The notes under the pieces are model-generated. The model saw only the letters and a list, made by a program, of their open reading frames with translations, had not been told where the DNA came from and ran no database searches. Positions 50,706 to 64,000 of a DNA stretch of 64,000 nt are shown one piece after another. Position numbers and translations under genes: made by a program. This DNA is from Azolla caroliniana. Lineage: Eukaryota; Plantae; Polypodiophyta. Positions within the stretch are counted from its first letter, which is position 1. The number at the start of each line of letters is the position of its first letter. The DNA is taken from NCBI GenBank assembly GCA_043228905.1, contig JBHGNT010000020.1, forward strand, positions 6,882,001-6,946,000, written 5' to 3'.

Positions 50706-51258
50706 AAATGCATAAATTCCATGTGTCGAGAATCTTAAATTTAAATGCATAAATTCCATGCTTTTGCATAAACTGGAAAGAAAACTTGCATAATAAAAAA
50801 GATGGGAATGAGTGCAGCTCACAAGATACCTTGTACTACATAGGTTTGGTGATAAGGGAGCGATTGCATAATTTGTTCTTCTTCAATTGACATCGGGCTA
50901 TCCTTTATTGAAAGTAGGCAATTTTCGTTGTATTAGGGTTAGAGTTCCTTCTATATGATTGTGATACCTTGATTCCAAGAGAATATTCAAGAGGTTCACG
51001 CTCTTTCAACAAGAACTTATCCTTGGTAAAGAATTGATTGATTGTATTGCGTATTGAAGTTAAAGAATTGGAAGCAATTGGTAAATATCAACATAAACAC
51101 CAATAATTACATAGATAGTGCTTTCGTGTGAATGTAGATATTTGGCTTTGCTTGAAGAGGATTGAAGCTTCTCTTGGAGATTGTTTTAGACCATATAAGG
51201 ATTTCTTAAGCTTGCAAACATTGTCTAGGAATCATGGGTCTAAAAAATGATTTGGTTG

Positions 51259-51497
51259 CTCCATGTAGAAAAGCGGTTAATGTTGAGATGATGGAGATCA
51301 AGGTTGAGGCTAGCCAAAATAGAGAACATTATAGGTAGAAGCGCTATCTTCAAGGTAGGTGCAAATGTATAATCCTTGTTGAGTTCTCCATGTAGAAAAG
51401 CGATTCATGTTGAGGTGATGGAGTTCAAGGTTAAGGCTAGCCGAAATAGAGAACATTATAGATAGAAGCACCATCTTCAAGGTAGGTGCAAATGTAT
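51259..51497. repeat. Diverged 127-bp-period tandem duplication in the intergenic region
   Basis: CTCCATGTAGAAAAGCG...CAAGGTAGGTGCAAATGTAT at 51259-51370 and 51386-51497. Confidence 0.9.
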
Positions 51498-53470
51498 CTT
51501 TAAACTTTATGCTTGGGATTTGTGAAAATCCTCTAGCAACAAGCGCTTAAAATCGAACCACAATGCCATGAGCATTTGTTTTCTTGGTAAGGATCCATTT
51601 ACTTGAAATGACTTCCTCTTTTATCCAAAAAAAAATTTAAGGCACAACCCCCTTTGGGTAGCATCAGGACCATGACAGGCTTTCTTTTGGGTGAAGTCCA
51701 AAACTTGAGCATGATCATCCATAATTCATTGTCAAAAATACTCCTCCATTGTTGAAATGCTAAGATTTGAGCTCTTGGAAAAAGTTGTCATAAGCTCAAA
51801 TTTATTACATAACACATCCTTATTAGCTCATCTAGAGTCGTTAAACTTATCACTACCTTTAGGGGGAAAATCAAGAGGTGACAAGGATGACAAATGTGCA
51901 TTGGAGTAGATAGTCGTTTTTCATCGGAATCGACATGCTATAGTGAATGCGTACGTACACATATCAAATTCGAGATTGAATAGGAATTAAAACATGCTAG
52001 CCAAATATCAGTCTTGTGTAACAAAACAATACGCAGAAAGTTGTGGAGATATTTATGTGGGAGACCAGTTACTAGCCAGTAAAGAAGTCACTTCTAGCTG
52101 TGTCTAGTCCATTAAAACCTCCTTATTTGAATTATTTCTTAGAAATTACCAATTAACACAGACTTTCACTTACGAATTATTTAGACCAGACAAAAGAAAA
52201 ACGTGATGCCAAAAAACAATAAAATAGAGGTTATAAGAATGTTTCTAAATAAGTATCAACAATTGCATCAGAAAAATAACAAAAAACTATATATTTCCAT
52301 AACAATGCTTGGAGTTCAGTGCATCTTATGCAGTACACCATTATTACCAAACCATTAATGCTGCTACCCATTTCTTGATGAGACCTCTTTTGCACACAAG
52401 CAAAAGAGAGACCAATTTTTAGAAGAGAGATTAGTCAGTGGCACCATTAAACATTCCATCATACAAAATTTTTAAAAAATACAATATGGAGTAGATGGTA
52501 AAAATTGAACCAGGTTATGTCTAGATGATACTTACAGAAACCACTGAAACTAAGCATTCATCACACAACCTGTACATACCAACTCCCACACTAAAGAAGA
52601 ATATGATCACTTGCTTGGCGCTGACTTTTAGCATAGCTAACTAGCTTTTTTTAGTTGAACAGGAAAACAGCTTCTAAGAAAAGAACCATCAAAATATTGC
52701 ATTACATTATAAAGCTCAGAATGAAAATGGCCAATAAGATAATTTTCAATTAGTTTTCTCCAGATTCATACCTTGCAATGGAAAGACCTAATAGACAACC
52801 TTCAAATGGTTTTCCAGGGGACAGCTCGCTTCCTAAAACAAATCTTATTCGTAGTACTCCCTTAAAAAAGTATTAAATGGATCACCAACAGAGGTGAGGG
52901 CTTCATAGTCCATGGGATAGTAGATATGGCAGAATGAAGGGAACATGCGTCTCCGGTAATACAACTTATAACTACTCTAGCTGCTGCAAACATTGGCACC
53001 TCCAGACAAGGAGCTAAGGTTTTAATGAAACCTCCAAACCAGGTATGAAACCTAGACTGATCAACCATCTCTTTTAATAAAGTTATATCTTCTCGATGTA
53101 CGTTGCATAAACTTATCCAGCTATTCATGGGAGGATAGCTTCCTTGTATCCATAACTAATACAACCCAATCTCTGAGCTTCCACACTCAAAACCTCTGTT
53201 AAGAAACCATGTCCACACTCAGCAACAAAGCCAAATTCCTTATATAAAGGCTCTAGTTCTCAGTGAAGACAATCATCTTGATCATTTTTGAGCAAGGTCA
53301 ACTTGCTAAGGCAGTTTCACTTGCGACTTGAGTGTGATTATAGATCCATACCTATCACTTAATCATGTCAGGAGTCAACAAGGGTATTTTTCTGGAAAGA
53401 ATGATTAGATATTGCCATTCATATTGAGCAGTCCAACGACGATGAGTACGTAACTTACAGTTTAATATAT

Positions 53471-62847
<9,377 letters not shown>

Positions 62848-63014
62848 CTGCAAGAAGAAATGTACTTTAGGTCACAATTAACAAAGAAAGCACTGGTAAA
62901 TTCAGAGTTAGATCATTGGACACCCAAGCACAAAATAATTCGTGATGAAGCTTCAGTCATAATCAGATTTTACAGTCGCTCTAAACATGTCTCAAGAAAG
63001 TAAGAAATTTATAT

Positions 63015-64000
63015 AACTGTCTTCTAAGATGCGACATAGCCAATAAGACCAAGCAGGAGATTACGCCGACAACAAATAAATATAATTAAACATAGGTTAC
63101 TCAAGAATCTAGTTATCTAAGCACTTCAGCCGTCAAAAATCCTTCAATATGAGCGGCTCCAATATTGGGAGATCTCCAAAGTGAGGGAAGCACACTTGGT
63201 GATGGGTGATACAGGATAATGGACTTTATTTCTTGATGACAAAAGTGACAAGGGCCATTATCCATTGATCCAAATGGCATGGGCTATGTGTACAACCCAT
63301 TGTTATTGCCTGATCTAATGTATAACCCCTTTGAGTGTCCTAGTCAAGACCCCACTTGTGCAGCCATCAATTGAATTGTGGCATCAAAACATGTGAGGGA
63401 ACTACAGAAAGTCATGATGTTTCTTTCTTGATGAGCTGTTGTGACTATTCTGTCCTTGTAGAACTTCTCTCCATGTCTCTTGAGTTCTAGAAACAACAGT
63501 TCCACACACCTTTTTATTCCATTCCCTTGCTAGTAGACCAAAGACTTGTTTGAAAAGACAGTGATAACTTCCTCTTATTTCATAAAAAACAGCACAAAGG
63601 CAAACATATTGTTCTTCCGATTCCAATTCCCAGTGGCACAATAGCCAAATCTGTTTCCTGTGAATTTGCAAGAATATCTATCTACCTGTCTCAATCTCTA
63701 GCAAATATTAAGATGTCCTAAGTTTCCGTCTCACTCTAGGGAGTGCACGAGATAGATATGTATCCATATAAGAAGACCTGATGATCAACTCATCTTTTGC
63801 ACATGGAAAAAGTGTCTTACAGAGAACCATCTTTCTACCAAGAGATGTTGTGGTACCAAAAGAAAAAAGAAAGGCTATATGAATGTCTTTTAAGAGGCCA
63901 GAGTGGCCTATGAGACCGAACAAGAGGTTACATCTTGTGGTACTAAAAGAAAAACAAAGATATCTATATTTTAATGTCTCTTAAGGGGCCAAAATGGTCT
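63015..64000 (-). mobile_element. Old RTEX-like LINE 3' part (~63015-63847) plus two stacked 3'-end insertions (63857-63934 and 63944 to >64000)
   Basis: Zinc-finger remnant LCHWELESEEQYVCLCAVFYEIRG. Stem-loop tails at ~63018-63052, 63885-63917 and 63976-64000. Confidence 0.85.

Overview
This is eukaryotic, intron-rich land-plant DNA. No prokaryotic features, CRISPR arrays or rRNA/tRNA genes were seen. Positions 1-25.5 kb are a stack of decayed retroelements: an L1-clade LINE interrupted by Ty1/copia elements A and B; B is itself split by copia C (TSD TGATG) and D (TSD AGTAC); then a truncated copia E and copia F (TSD ATTAC), which sits in an old RTEX-like LINE. Two spliced host genes converge on the right. 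One is a 9-exon DUF1749/UPF0613 alpha/beta-hydrolase (+, 27768-47049) with TE-filled 6.5-kb and 9.6-kb introns. The other is RRC1/SR140 (U2SURP) (-, 53471-62847; its 5' end lies beyond the window). Most notable observations: (1) the conserved 3' stem-loop of the RTEX-like LINEs is the reverse complement of the first 15 nt of the element's own ORF2, a candidate long-range RNA switch; (2) a circularly permuted single-LTR copia with an inverted LTR core; (3) a 1.18-kb mini Ty3/gypsy with a tRNA-Ala PBS, 4-bp TSD and structured 76-nt repeats; (4) a copia family with a second PPT and a Pol read-through extension; (5) a duplicated, stop-generating 3' splice site in RRC1. All family calls are by eye from motifs, not from database searches.
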